A DNA stretch of 64,000 nt from an uncultured Planctomycetota bacterium. Lineage in GTDB: Bacteria > Planctomycetota > Planctomycetia > Isosphaerales > Isosphaeraceae. This document shows positions 1-9,051 of the stretch, piece by piece. A model generated the notes under the pieces. That model had not been told where the DNA came from, did no database searches, and was given only the letters and a program-made list of their open reading frames with translations. Both the position numbers and the translations under genes were made by a program. Every line of letters begins with the position of its first letter. The stretch's first letter is position 1. The stretch lies in contig CAWGMQ010000008.1 in NCBI GenBank assembly GCA_963823665.1, positions 64,001-128,000 on the forward strand. Reading direction: 5' to 3'.

Positions 1-885
1 CTTAGTATGCACATGGCCGGAAATCGTCTCCTGGTCTTCGCGCGCAAGCCGGCGCCCGTTCAGGTCTCATGGCTTGCCTATCCGGGCACGACCGGCCTGT
101 CGACTATTGACTACCGCCTCACTGATCCCTACATCGACCCTCCGGGGCTTCACGATCAAGACTATTCGGAGGAATCGATCCGCCTTCCCGACGCCTTCTG
201 GTGCTACGATCCGCTCGCGGAGGAACCAGGCGTCAGCGTCCTGCCAGCCGTGGAGAACGGCTGCATCACGTTCGGCTGCCTCAACAACTTCTGCAAGGTG
301 AATGATTCGGTGCTGAAGCTGTGGGCTGGAGTGCTTACCGCTGTTGATGGCTCGCGCCTGTTGCTCCTGGCTCCAGAAGGATCCGTTCGCCGGCGAACTT
401 TGGATTTGCTGGAACGGGAAGGCGTAGAGCGCGATAGGGTGACCTTGGTCGCCAGGCAGCGTCGCCCGCGCTATCTGGAACTCTACCATCGCATCGACAT
501 CGGCCTCGACACTTTCCCGTATAACGGGCACACCACCAGTCTCGACGCATTCTGGCAGGGCGTTCCTATCGTCACGCTCGTGGGCGATACGCCCGTCGCA
601 CGAGCGGGGCTGTCTTTGCTCACCAACTTGGGTCTGCCGGAGTTGGTTGCCGATACACCGGACCAATTCGTGAGCATCGCAGTCGCCCTGGCCGACGATG
701 TGCCGCGTCTCTGTGAGCTGCGGGCGAGCCTTCGTGATCGTCTGCGGGCTTCTCCACTTTCGGATGCGCCGCGCTTTGCCCGAATGGTCGAAGCCGCTTA
801 CCGTGAAACGTGGAGGCGGTGGTGTGAGAAGCAGGCTGACGTGGGTGTGGGCGAGCCGATCGCTTCTGGCACCCCGAGGCCCTGA
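1..885 (+). CDS. O-GlcNAc transferase / SPINDLY-family glycosyltransferase (GT41), C-terminal part; gene begins before the window
   Basis: Motifs FARKPAPVQVSWLAYPGTTG, ITFGCLNNFCKVN, IDIGLDTFPYNGHTTSLDAFWQGVPIVTL. Confidence 0.9.
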   Translation, partial: LSMHMAGNRLLVFARKPAPVQVSWLAYPGTTGLSTIDYRLTDPYIDPPGLHDQDYSEESIRLPDAFWCYDPLAEEPGVSVLPAVENGCITFGCLNNFCKVNDSVLKLWAGVLTAVDGSRLLLLAPEGSVRRRTLDLLEREGVERDRVTLVARQRRPRYLELYHRIDIGLDTFPYNGHTTSLDAFWQGVPIVTLVGDTPVARAGLSLLTNLGLPELVADTPDQFVSIAVALADDVPRLCELRASLRDRLRASPLSDAPRFARMVEAAYRETWRRWCEKQADVGVGEPIASGTPRP

Positions 886-1320
886 ACTCTCGCGGGTGCG
901 CCGCGCGGAGGGCAGAGGAACGGTCCTCAACCAAGCGGCGAACCGGTCAGGCGGTTGGAAATCGCCTGGGCCCGCAGGTTGCCCTTCAGGCCGGTGAGCG
1001 CGTGATCCAGAATCCACCAGAAGAGGGCCGCCGAGCGATTCGCCTGTCCGATTCGTGCGCAGCGCATTGGTGACGGTTGCCGCGCTGTTGACCGGATTGT
1101 TGTACCGGTCCAGGGCCTCCGGGGTCTGGCGACAACGAGTTATCCCGGTTGGAGGCCCTGTCCCAGCTTGTGGTCCTTGGCCCGCGTTGCCAGCGTCAGG
1201 TCGAGCGCTGGTGTTGTCTTTGGTGGGGTAGCGGGCCGCAGCCAGTCGACCTCCTCACCGTTCCGAGGCCATAAAACGGTCGCGAAGCGGCGAGTGGCCG
1301 TCGTCCGATGAACGGTGCAA

Positions 1321-4300
1321 TCAGAGCTCGGTGATCTGATCGTCAGAGTTATGCTCGGCCACCGTGTCCGCGCGATCGGTCACGATGAACCAGTCAGCGG
1401 CTGGCGGGGCGCCGCCGTAAAGCGCGTCGACGGCGTTATCGGTGAGGGCGGTACTCGCGTTGAGGAAGTAATTACCCAAGAGCGCCGTCCTCTTTGGGCC
1501 ATTTCCGCTCAAAAGGCTGACGCGCTCCGAGAAGCTCAAGTCGGGCCGATTCCAGACCGCGAAGATCGCCTGGAGCGCGGTCAGGTTGCCATCCCAGATC
1601 GTCGAGCCGCCGATCAAGATGTTATCGGCGCCGCCGCCGGTGAGCGAATCCCCGCCGCCTTCACCGATCAGAATATTCCGGCCCGAACCGCCGACCAGCA
1701 CGTTCGCCTGCGTCGTTCCGACGAGCAGATTGTTGCCATTGCCGCCGGTGACATTTTGAATGTCGTGGACACCTCCGAGTACGGCCGTGGCACCATCGAG
1801 CAGCAGGTCAACGATCACGTTGCCCGGATAGCCTGAATAGCTGAGACTGTTCACGCCACCACCGCCGTCAATGTTGCCGGTGAGCTCGCCCGCACCGCTG
1901 ATGGCAAACGAGTCGTTGCCCGACCCAGCGCGGATATTCGGAAAGTTGCTGAACGCGAGACCGAGCACATTGATCGTGTTGACTCCAGGAATCGCCCATG
2001 ATGTCGCGCTATTCGGCCCGACGAGCGTATCGGCTTCCCTCCCGCCGAAAAACTTGCTGATGCCGGAAAACGTGCCGCCGATGCCTTGGGCGGTATCCGC
2101 TGCAAGATTCACGGTCACCGCGGTCGAAAGGTTCTCGTAGGACACGACGTTGTTTCCGCCCATCCCAGTAACGCTTCCACTCAGTCTGCCGCCGGGATTA
2201 AAAACGAACTGGTCATAGGCTGCACCGACGAGGTTTTCAAATGCCGTGAAATTTTGCGAGTAGATCGCGCTCGTGTTAGAACCTGTGATCTCGCACGTTG
2301 TCTGAGAACGCAGGAACAGCGTGTTGTTGCCGGAGCTGCCTATGAATTTGCTGATCGACGTGAACTTGCCGCCGATGTCCGAAGCGGTGTCAGTCGCCAA
2401 GTTGACGGTCGCCCCGCTCGTCAGAGCCGAGTAATCGAGCGTACTGGTGCTGCCGCCACCGTCGATATTGCCCGAGACGCTGCCTCCCGGTTCGAACACG
2501 AACTGATTGGAGCCCGTCACTCCCACAAGGTTACCGAACGAGCTGAACGCAGCGCCGTCGACCGACTCGGCATTCGGACCGGTGATCATCCAAGTGGCAT
2601 CCGGGCCATAGATGGTGTTATACGAATTGGAACCTCCGATGAAACTGCTTATATTCGAGAACGTGACGCCGATGTCGGGGGCGGTTTGGGCGATCAAGTC
2701 GACGTCGACCACACCCGCAAGCGCCGAATAATCGAGAGTTGAGCCGAGCCCGCCATCGATACTGCCCGAGACGCTGCCTCCCGGTTCGAACGCGAACTGA
2801 GCGGCGCCCTCGAGGTTACCGAACGAGCTGAACAAATCGCCGTCGACCGACTCGGCATTCGGACCGGTGATCATCACAGTGCCAACAAGGGCATTGTTGC
2901 TGTCAGCCGAATTGGAACCTCCGATGAAATTGCTGATATTCGAGAATGTGCCGCCGATGTCCGAGGCCTCATCGGTTTGCGTGTCAACATTGACGCGATC
3001 GGTCCGCTCGGAGTAGTCGAGCGTGTTTGTGAAGCCAGAGGCGCCTTGTAGATTTCCCGAGATGCTGCCTGCCGGCTCGAAGACAAAATCGGCGGGACCG
3101 CCGGCTGCGACAACGTTGGGGAACGACAACAACGAAAAGACCAGGTCCGTTTCGGCGTCGGGACCCGTGATTGCCCACACGTCGCCTGGCACGGTGATGG
3201 TGCTAGCCGGGTTTGCGCTGCCGATCAAGTTCGTGATATTCGAGAATGTGCCGCCGATGTCCGAGGCCTCATCGGTTTGCGTGTCAACATTGACTCGATC
3301 GGTCCGGTCGGAGTAGTCGAGCGTGTTTGTGAAGCCGGAGGCGGCTTGTAGATTCCCCGAGACGCTGCCTGCCGGCTCGAAGACAAAATCGGCGGGACCG
3401 CCGGCTGCGACAACGTTGGGGAACGACAACAACGAAAAGACCAGGTCCGTTTCGGCGTCGGGACCCGTGATTGCCCAAACGTTGCCTGGCACGGTGATGG
3501 TGCTAGCCGGGTTTGCGCTGCCGATCACGTTCGTGATATTCGAGAATGTGCCGCCGATGCCCGAGGCCTCAACGGTTTGCAGGTCAACGTCGACGCGATC
3601 GGTCCGGTCGGAGTAGTCGAGCGTGTTTGTGAAGCCGGAGGCGGCTTGTAGATTCCCCGAGACGCTGCCTGCCGGCTCGAAGACAAAATAGCCGGGACCG
3701 CCGCTTACGACAACGTTGGGGAACGACGAGAACGAAGCGCCCGAGAACGATTCGACGTCGGGACCCACGATGTAACACAGTCCGGGTCGCGCGGTGATCG
3801 TGCTACGCAGGTTCGCGTCGCCAATGAAGTTCGTGATATTCATGAAGTTGGTGCCGATGCCGGTAGCGGTTTGGGTGAGCGCGTCGACCTCGACGACACC
3901 CACGAGCGCCGAGTAATCGATACTTGCGCCGCCGCCGCCGCCGTCGATACTGCCCGAGACGCTGCCTCCCGGTTCGAACGCGAACTGAGCGGGGTCTGTC
4001 CCTCCCACAAGGTTACCGAAGGAGCTGAACGTATCGCCGTCGACCGACTCGGCATTCCGACCGGTGATCATCACGGCGGCATCCGGGCTCAAGATTTGGT
4101 TATCCGAAGCGGAACCTCCGATGAAATTGCTGATATTCGAGAATGAGGCGATGTACGTGGCCGCATCCTCTTGCAGGTTAACGGCGACGCCGTCGGTGTA
4201 CTCGGAGTAGTCGAGCGTGTTTGAGAAGCCTGGGGCGCCTTCAAGATATCCCGAGACGCCTCCTGCGGGCCCGATGTTAAAAAGCCCGAACAAGGTTGGT

Positions 4301-6345
4301 GCCGGCTCGAAGACAAAACGGGCGGGACCGCCGGCTGCGACAACATTTGGGAACGACGAGAACGAATAGCTCGAGACCGATTCGATGTCTGGACCCGAGA
4401 TTGTCCACGTTCCGCCGGGCGCGGTGATCGTGCTACCCGGGATCGCGTCGCCGATGAAGTTCGTGATATTCATGAAGGTGGTGCCGATGTCGGTAGCGGC
4501 TTGCGTCAGCAAGTCTACGTCGACGGCACCTGAAAGCGCCGAGTAATCGAGGGTTGCGACGCCGGCTGGGTCATCGACGTAGCCGGGAACGCTGCCGCCT
4601 TCAAACTTGAAGGTGTCCGTGCCGCCCCCGCCTTCCTCGTTCGCGACCCCGCTATATGTGACAATTCCGAGCGTGGCTCCGATGTCGAGCGTTCCGCTAC
4701 CGACGCCGGTGTTGTGCCAAACGTTGACCGACCCGCTCGGAGTTTCGAGGGTCGTGGCGCTGCCCTGTCCCACCACGTTAATATACCGCACCCCGGCGGG
4801 GACCGACTGAATATCGATCGTGTCAGAGCCTGTGCTGTCCAGGACATCTATTTCCTCTATTTGACCCAGAGCGAAGGATTGCGTTACCGAGCCATCGGTC
4901 TCCTGCAAACCACCTGAGGCGGTCGCGCCAATGGAGATCGTCTGCGCTTCGGCGGCGTCACCGCCCACGGGCAGCGTCAGGGTGTTGTCGGCAGTGGGTA
5001 TGGTCGGGTTGTTAGCGTAAATCGCCTGGATCAGGCTTTCCGGCGCAAAGTCCGTCATGACGATTCCGGTCGGACCGGGATGATCATCGATGTAATTCTC
5101 GGCCATGGCGTTCATGCCGTCGGTGCTGCTAGAATGAAGGACGAGACTTGCCGGGTCCACGATATCACCGAGAAAATCGCTAAAGTCCGATGGCGCGGTG
5201 AACCCAACCCACTCGGTGTCACCGGTCGCCATGTAGCGCGGGAATGCCCAGGTACGTGTATTCGAGAGAACGGCGCCGGGGTCGCTTGCTGTCAAGTAGT
5301 TCGAGTAGAAGCCCGAGAGCGTCCCGACTGCGCCCGGTTGGAGGGGAATGTTCTTGTCGGCCAAAGCAAACTGCGTCATTGCTTCTTGCCATTTTGTATT
5401 GAGGTCGGCCGTGGTGTAATCGTTCTGTTGGCTGTTGACAGGATTTGTTGGCGGGGAGACTTCGGAGAAATTCGCCTCGCTCCAAATACTGGAATCGGGG
5501 AAATTCGGATCGGGGTCCGCCGTCGTCCCCGCGTTCGGCCCCTCGTCTGGCCCCCACTCGGCCCAGTTGTTTTGAATGATGGCAATACGGCCCCGAGCTG
5601 CACCTAGCGTAGCTGGCATGGGCTCAGTGGTGGTCGCTTGGTAGATAAAACTGCTGTATGGCTCCTGGTCAGGAGGGTTCGCCGTAAAACATTCTGATTC
5701 GTAATTTTTGAAGACTTGATCGGCCGTCAGTGTATTTCCCGACCCCTGTGAATCAACCTGGACGCTCATCACGACCGCTTCGGTCGGATTCTGAGCGAGC
5801 CAAAGTGAGACGGGTTGCAGGACGTCGGTGTCGAACATCAACGGGGGCGTGCCGATCGGTAAAGACCCGTGAACAATTTCAAACTGATTGTCGTCCTCCT
5901 GAACGCGAATATCCAGCACTCGAACTCCCTCATTGAGCTGATCCGTCAGATCCAGGGTTTGTGTTTGCGCGATCTCTTGCACGATCGGGGTCGTGAAAAG
6001 GGCTGCTAGAGACGCATATAGCGAATCATCGAAATAACTGTCAAAAAAACCTTCGGCATCAGCTGGTGTAATCGTAGCTGAGCCGGTCATGCTGTCGTGG
6101 GTACCGGGTAGGGACATCTGGTACAACGAGGTATTGTCAGGGACGGAGGCCATCCAGCTATTGCCCGGGAGCGTCAGGCAAACCCGGGTCTCAAGGGGCA
6201 GCAGCTCCAGGTGCAGCTTGAGACGCGCCCGCTTCTTGGGCCGTGCCTTGTGCCAGCCAGCACGCGACTCCGCAGGCGTCAACTTCGACCGCATCCGACC
6301 ATCTCGCTTGATCATGTTGTCAGCTCCTGTGTTGAGATGATGCAA
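1321..6345 (-). CDS. Giant exported protein: planctomycete LEPR-XLL-type N-terminal motif, PI-specific phospholipase C X domain, about ten ~100-aa repeats, RTX-like Gly-rich C-terminus
   Basis: LELLPLETRVCL; WMASVPDNTSLYQMSLPGTHDS, QLNEGVRVLDIR, IVHG; repeated TLDYS..V.VDL units; GGSGRNILIGEGGGDSLTGGGADNILIGG. Start could be a later ATG. Confidence 0.85.
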   Translation of the reverse strand: MHHLNTGADNMIKRDGRMRSKLTPAESRAGWHKARPKKRARLKLHLELLPLETRVCLTLPGNSWMASVPDNTSLYQMSLPGTHDSMTGSATITPADAEGFFDSYFDDSLYASLAALFTTPIVQEIAQTQTLDLTDQLNEGVRVLDIRVQEDDNQFEIVHGSLPIGTPPLMFDTDVLQPVSLWLAQNPTEAVVMSVQVDSQGSGNTLTADQVFKNYESECFTANPPDQEPYSSFIYQATTTEPMPATLGAARGRIAIIQNNWAEWGPDEGPNAGTTADPDPNFPDSSIWSEANFSEVSPPTNPVNSQQNDYTTADLNTKWQEAMTQFALADKNIPLQPGAVGTLSGFYSNYLTASDPGAVLSNTRTWAFPRYMATGDTEWVGFTAPSDFSDFLGDIVDPASLVLHSSSTDGMNAMAENYIDDHPGPTGIVMTDFAPESLIQAIYANNPTIPTADNTLTLPVGGDAAEAQTISIGATASGGLQETDGSVTQSFALGQIEEIDVLDSTGSDTIDIQSVPAGVRYINVVGQGSATTLETPSGSVNVWHNTGVGSGTLDIGATLGIVTYSGVANEEGGGGTDTFKFEGGSVPGYVDDPAGVATLDYSALSGAVDVDLLTQAATDIGTTFMNITNFIGDAIPGSTITAPGGTWTISGPDIESVSSYSFSSFPNVVAAGGPARFVFEPAPTLFGLFNIGPAGGVSGYLEGAPGFSNTLDYSEYTDGVAVNLQEDAATYIASFSNISNFIGGSASDNQILSPDAAVMITGRNAESVDGDTFSSFGNLVGGTDPAQFAFEPGGSVSGSIDGGGGGASIDYSALVGVVEVDALTQTATGIGTNFMNITNFIGDANLRSTITARPGLCYIVGPDVESFSGASFSSFPNVVVSGGPGYFVFEPAGSVSGNLQAASGFTNTLDYSDRTDRVDVDLQTVEASGIGGTFSNITNVIGSANPASTITVPGNVWAITGPDAETDLVFSLLSFPNVVAAGGPADFVFEPAGSVSGNLQAASGFTNTLDYSDRTDRVNVDTQTDEASDIGGTFSNITNLIGSANPASTITVPGDVWAITGPDAETDLVFSLLSFPNVVAAGGPADFVFEPAGSISGNLQGASGFTNTLDYSERTDRVNVDTQTDEASDIGGTFSNISNFIGGSNSADSNNALVGTVMITGPNAESVDGDLFSSFGNLEGAAQFAFEPGGSVSGSIDGGLGSTLDYSALAGVVDVDLIAQTAPDIGVTFSNISSFIGGSNSYNTIYGPDATWMITGPNAESVDGAAFSSFGNLVGVTGSNQFVFEPGGSVSGNIDGGGSTSTLDYSALTSGATVNLATDTASDIGGKFTSISKFIGSSGNNTLFLRSQTTCEITGSNTSAIYSQNFTAFENLVGAAYDQFVFNPGGRLSGSVTGMGGNNVVSYENLSTAVTVNLAADTAQGIGGTFSGISKFFGGREADTLVGPNSATSWAIPGVNTINVLGLAFSNFPNIRAGSGNDSFAISGAGELTGNIDGGGGVNSLSYSGYPGNVIVDLLLDGATAVLGGVHDIQNVTGGNGNNLLVGTTQANVLVGGSGRNILIGEGGGDSLTGGGADNILIGGSTIWDGNLTALQAIFAVWNRPDLSFSERVSLLSGNGPKRTALLGNYFLNASTALTDNAVDALYGGAPPAADWFIVTDRADTVAEHNSDDQITEL
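2933..3730. repeat. Near-identical 300-bp tandem repeats (about 2.7 copies) inside the exoprotein gene
   Basis: Lines starting at 2941, 3241 and 3541 all begin cgagaatgtgccgccgatg; exact 300-nt period. Confidence 0.95.
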
Positions 6346-7720
6346 AATCGTTCATCGGGTAGGCAGAGACGTGCGGTTTTTCGAGACGGACTGCCCCAGC
6401 CGCTCGAAAGCGCGCCGGTTCCGTGACCAGCCCCCGCCGGTCTTCTGTCGGGTGCGTCCCTCGCCCTCAAAGGCGCAGGGCGGGGAAACGGAACCGTGAG
6501 CGCTTATGCTTGTGGTAAGTCATTGGTGAAGTCGATGCACCGGCCGATCGGGAATTCCTCACGGCCTCCGCACGAGGAGCGAACGGGCCCCTCATCCTCT
6601 CGAACGGACGCCCCCTTCGATGAGGATTGGGCTGATGACCCTACCCGTGCCTGCCTGATCGCTCGCGAATCCGCCGTCGATGCCTGCGCGACGCTTCATT
6701 CTTGGAAAAGAATTCGATACCGGTGAACCTGAAAGAACCGCGTCTCCGCGATTCCTGGCTATCTAGTATTCCCGGGAGTATGTCACGACTTTTTTCGCGA
6801 TGTCGGTGACATGAGCGAACTCGCCTGGGCGCAGAGCGTTGCGCCAGATCGCCGGGGGCTGACGATAGTGGGGCCAGGGGCCCGGCTTCAGGTGATCAGG
6901 TCGCCATTCCTTCACGGAGCCGGCGGAGCACGCGTGACTTGGCCAGGCGGACGGCTATGTCAACCGTGGGCAAAGCGCGTGTTGCCGAGCATCTCTAGCC
7001 GGTGCGGGCGAGGCGACACACGATGTCGTAAAGTCGACGGCTCACGCACCGAAGTTGGGTGCAACCCGCCGGTCGTCGTACTCGAACCGATGGCACTTTT
7101 CAAATCGTATTGAACCGGCTCATCAGAATGAAATCTCTCGGCAGTTAATTACCCATCGCTATTGAACTTGCGCTTTTCACGCGAATCGAAAGTGCGACTG
7201 AGAAATGGCCAATTTCGAAAACCGTCACATGATATTAGTAGGGGGAAGGTCCGTGATCGGTGCGGGTGGCCGGTATGGCGTCGCTGTCAGGGCTGTGCTG
7301 TCGCTCGCCTGCACGCCCCCAGCGCTGGCACTGCCCCCATGCTGGCTGGAGGGGAGACCTCCCTCCACCGGCGGCTTCGGCGAGGAGGCGAATCAGGGCG
7401 GAGGACGGAGGACGAGAATCACGACGCGGAGCGGGCGGAGCGGAAGAACCCTTCGATTTACACCAGTGTACGGATGCTGGAAAAATGCGAAAATGCGCCA
7501 CTTTGCGCCACTTGTCGAGCCCAGGATTGGTCACGCAAAGCAGTGCGTGTTGTTCCACATATTGAATCTGAATAACGGGTTCGGAAATTTTCTTCAGGGG
7601 TTGCGGGGTTGACGTATCCTCGTGGCGCTACCTCGCCGAGATCGCCTTAACGAGGCGACGGAGTTGTTCACTAGACGAAGACGCCCGCGGTCGGGGGTGC
7701 TGGGCGTGCGGCGTGACGGT

Positions 7721-7853
7721 CCTGGGGCTCGCGCCCCAGGCTTTACGATGTCGCCCCTGCGGGGCTCAGGTTGATGGAGGGATGGACACTCAACCAAACG
7801 TCGAGATTCGGGGTTCGCGCGCCAGGCTGTACGATGTCCCCCTGCGGGGCTCG
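7721..7853. repeat. Two direct copies of a REP-like double-hairpin element
   Basis: CCTGGGGC-tcgc-GCCCCAGG followed by GCCCC-tgc-GGGGC (7721-7767); degenerate copy at 7808-7853. Confidence 0.7.
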
Positions 7854-8265
7854 GGTGATGCTGGGACTGGACAAAGGAGAATCGTGCCACGGCGGTGGCC
7901 AGCCGGCGCGGCGGAGCGGCATTGGGCCGTTCCCGTAATCGTTTGGTAGAAAGGGGCAGCGGCAAATTCTCAAAACGAACTACTACAATCGGTAAAGAAG
8001 CTGAGACCAAAACCGAAACTCGGGCACACCTGGCCGTTGCGCACGATGACTCCGTCGCCCTGGCGGCTTTGCCGGGTCGTCAGTCGAGCGCACGGTTCGC
8101 TCGCCCGGACTCTGAACTGGGAGGGACCGAGTGCATTCCCGTAATCCTTGTGGCGTAAGGACGCGCGACGAATGTACAAAACGAAGTGGTTGGTCGGAGT
8201 GGACGGTTGAACATTTCGCTCTCTTGGGATGCTTGACGACGCGTTCTTTTGTTCGGCGGGCGGCT

Positions 8266-8851
8266 TCAGGCGATCAGGTCGCCCATCTCCTCGCGGAGGC
8301 GGCGGAGGACGTGGGACTTGGCGAGGCGGACGGCGTTGGGCGTGATTCCCAGCTCGGCGGCGACTTCCGCCGTCGCGCGGGACTCGACGGTCGCCTTCCA
8401 GAAGGCCGTCCAGGTCCGGTTTTCGACCTGGTGCTGGACCAGGCGAAGGGCCCGCTGGTACAGACCGGAGACGTCGTCCGGGCTCTCCGAGAGCTCGACC
8501 TCGACTGCCGGCGCGGGGAGCTGGTGCAACCTGACCAGGGCATCCGTCCCGCCGACGGCCGGCTCACCTCGGTTGCTGGTGTGATGCAAGAGCTTGTGCC
8601 GCGTGATGCCACGCATCCAGCTCCGGAACGTCGTCCCCGGCTGATCGGGCCGGAACTGACCGAGGCTCGAGGCGACCGATGCGAAAACGTCCTGCGTGAC
8701 GTCCGCGACCTCGTGCTGGGCGATCCCCCATTGGCCACACCAGTGGTGGACCAGCGGGGAGTACAGAGCTCACGAGTCGTTCCCAGGCGTCCGGTTCGTG
8801 CGCCATGGCCCGGCGCAAAAGGGAAGAGGACGTATGATCTGCCGGATTCAA
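8266..8851 (-). CDS. ECF-type RNA polymerase sigma factor (one frameshift near 8766)
   Basis: Joined frames read TSSSLLRRAMAHEPDAWERLVS/LYSPLVHHWC...DVTQDVF...TFRSWMRGITRHKL...AEVAAELGITPNAVRLAKSHVLRRLREE; GGAG precedes a TTG start. Confidence 0.85.
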
Positions 8852-9051
8852 TGCGAAAATCTCCGCGGGGTTCGTTCGGCCCGCTCGCATTGCGACTCGG
8901 ACTCTTGACATCGGGCGAGGGACTGTATGGTGCTAAAGTGCACATCTTCTTTTATACTATGACGTTCCTCGGGAATCCAGAAGACAACACGGAACCGGCG
9001 TTCGCCTCGGTCCACAGGGACCACGGTGCGAGGGGACCGGGCGAGGCGCCG

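Noticed and set aside
2933..3730. Near-identical repeats plus an RT in the window, as a diversity-generating retroelement
   Set aside because: Differences are not adenine-specific, repeats are in-frame coding units, and the RT has group II intron domains V and VI
6346..6800. Hairpins upstream of the exoprotein gene, as a riboswitch
   Set aside because: No recognisable aptamer consensus; would need an Rfam search
8131..9051. Long N-terminal extension of the kinase in the ORF track
   Set aside because: It is largely the antisense of the ECF sigma gene; ATG 9052 gives a typical start
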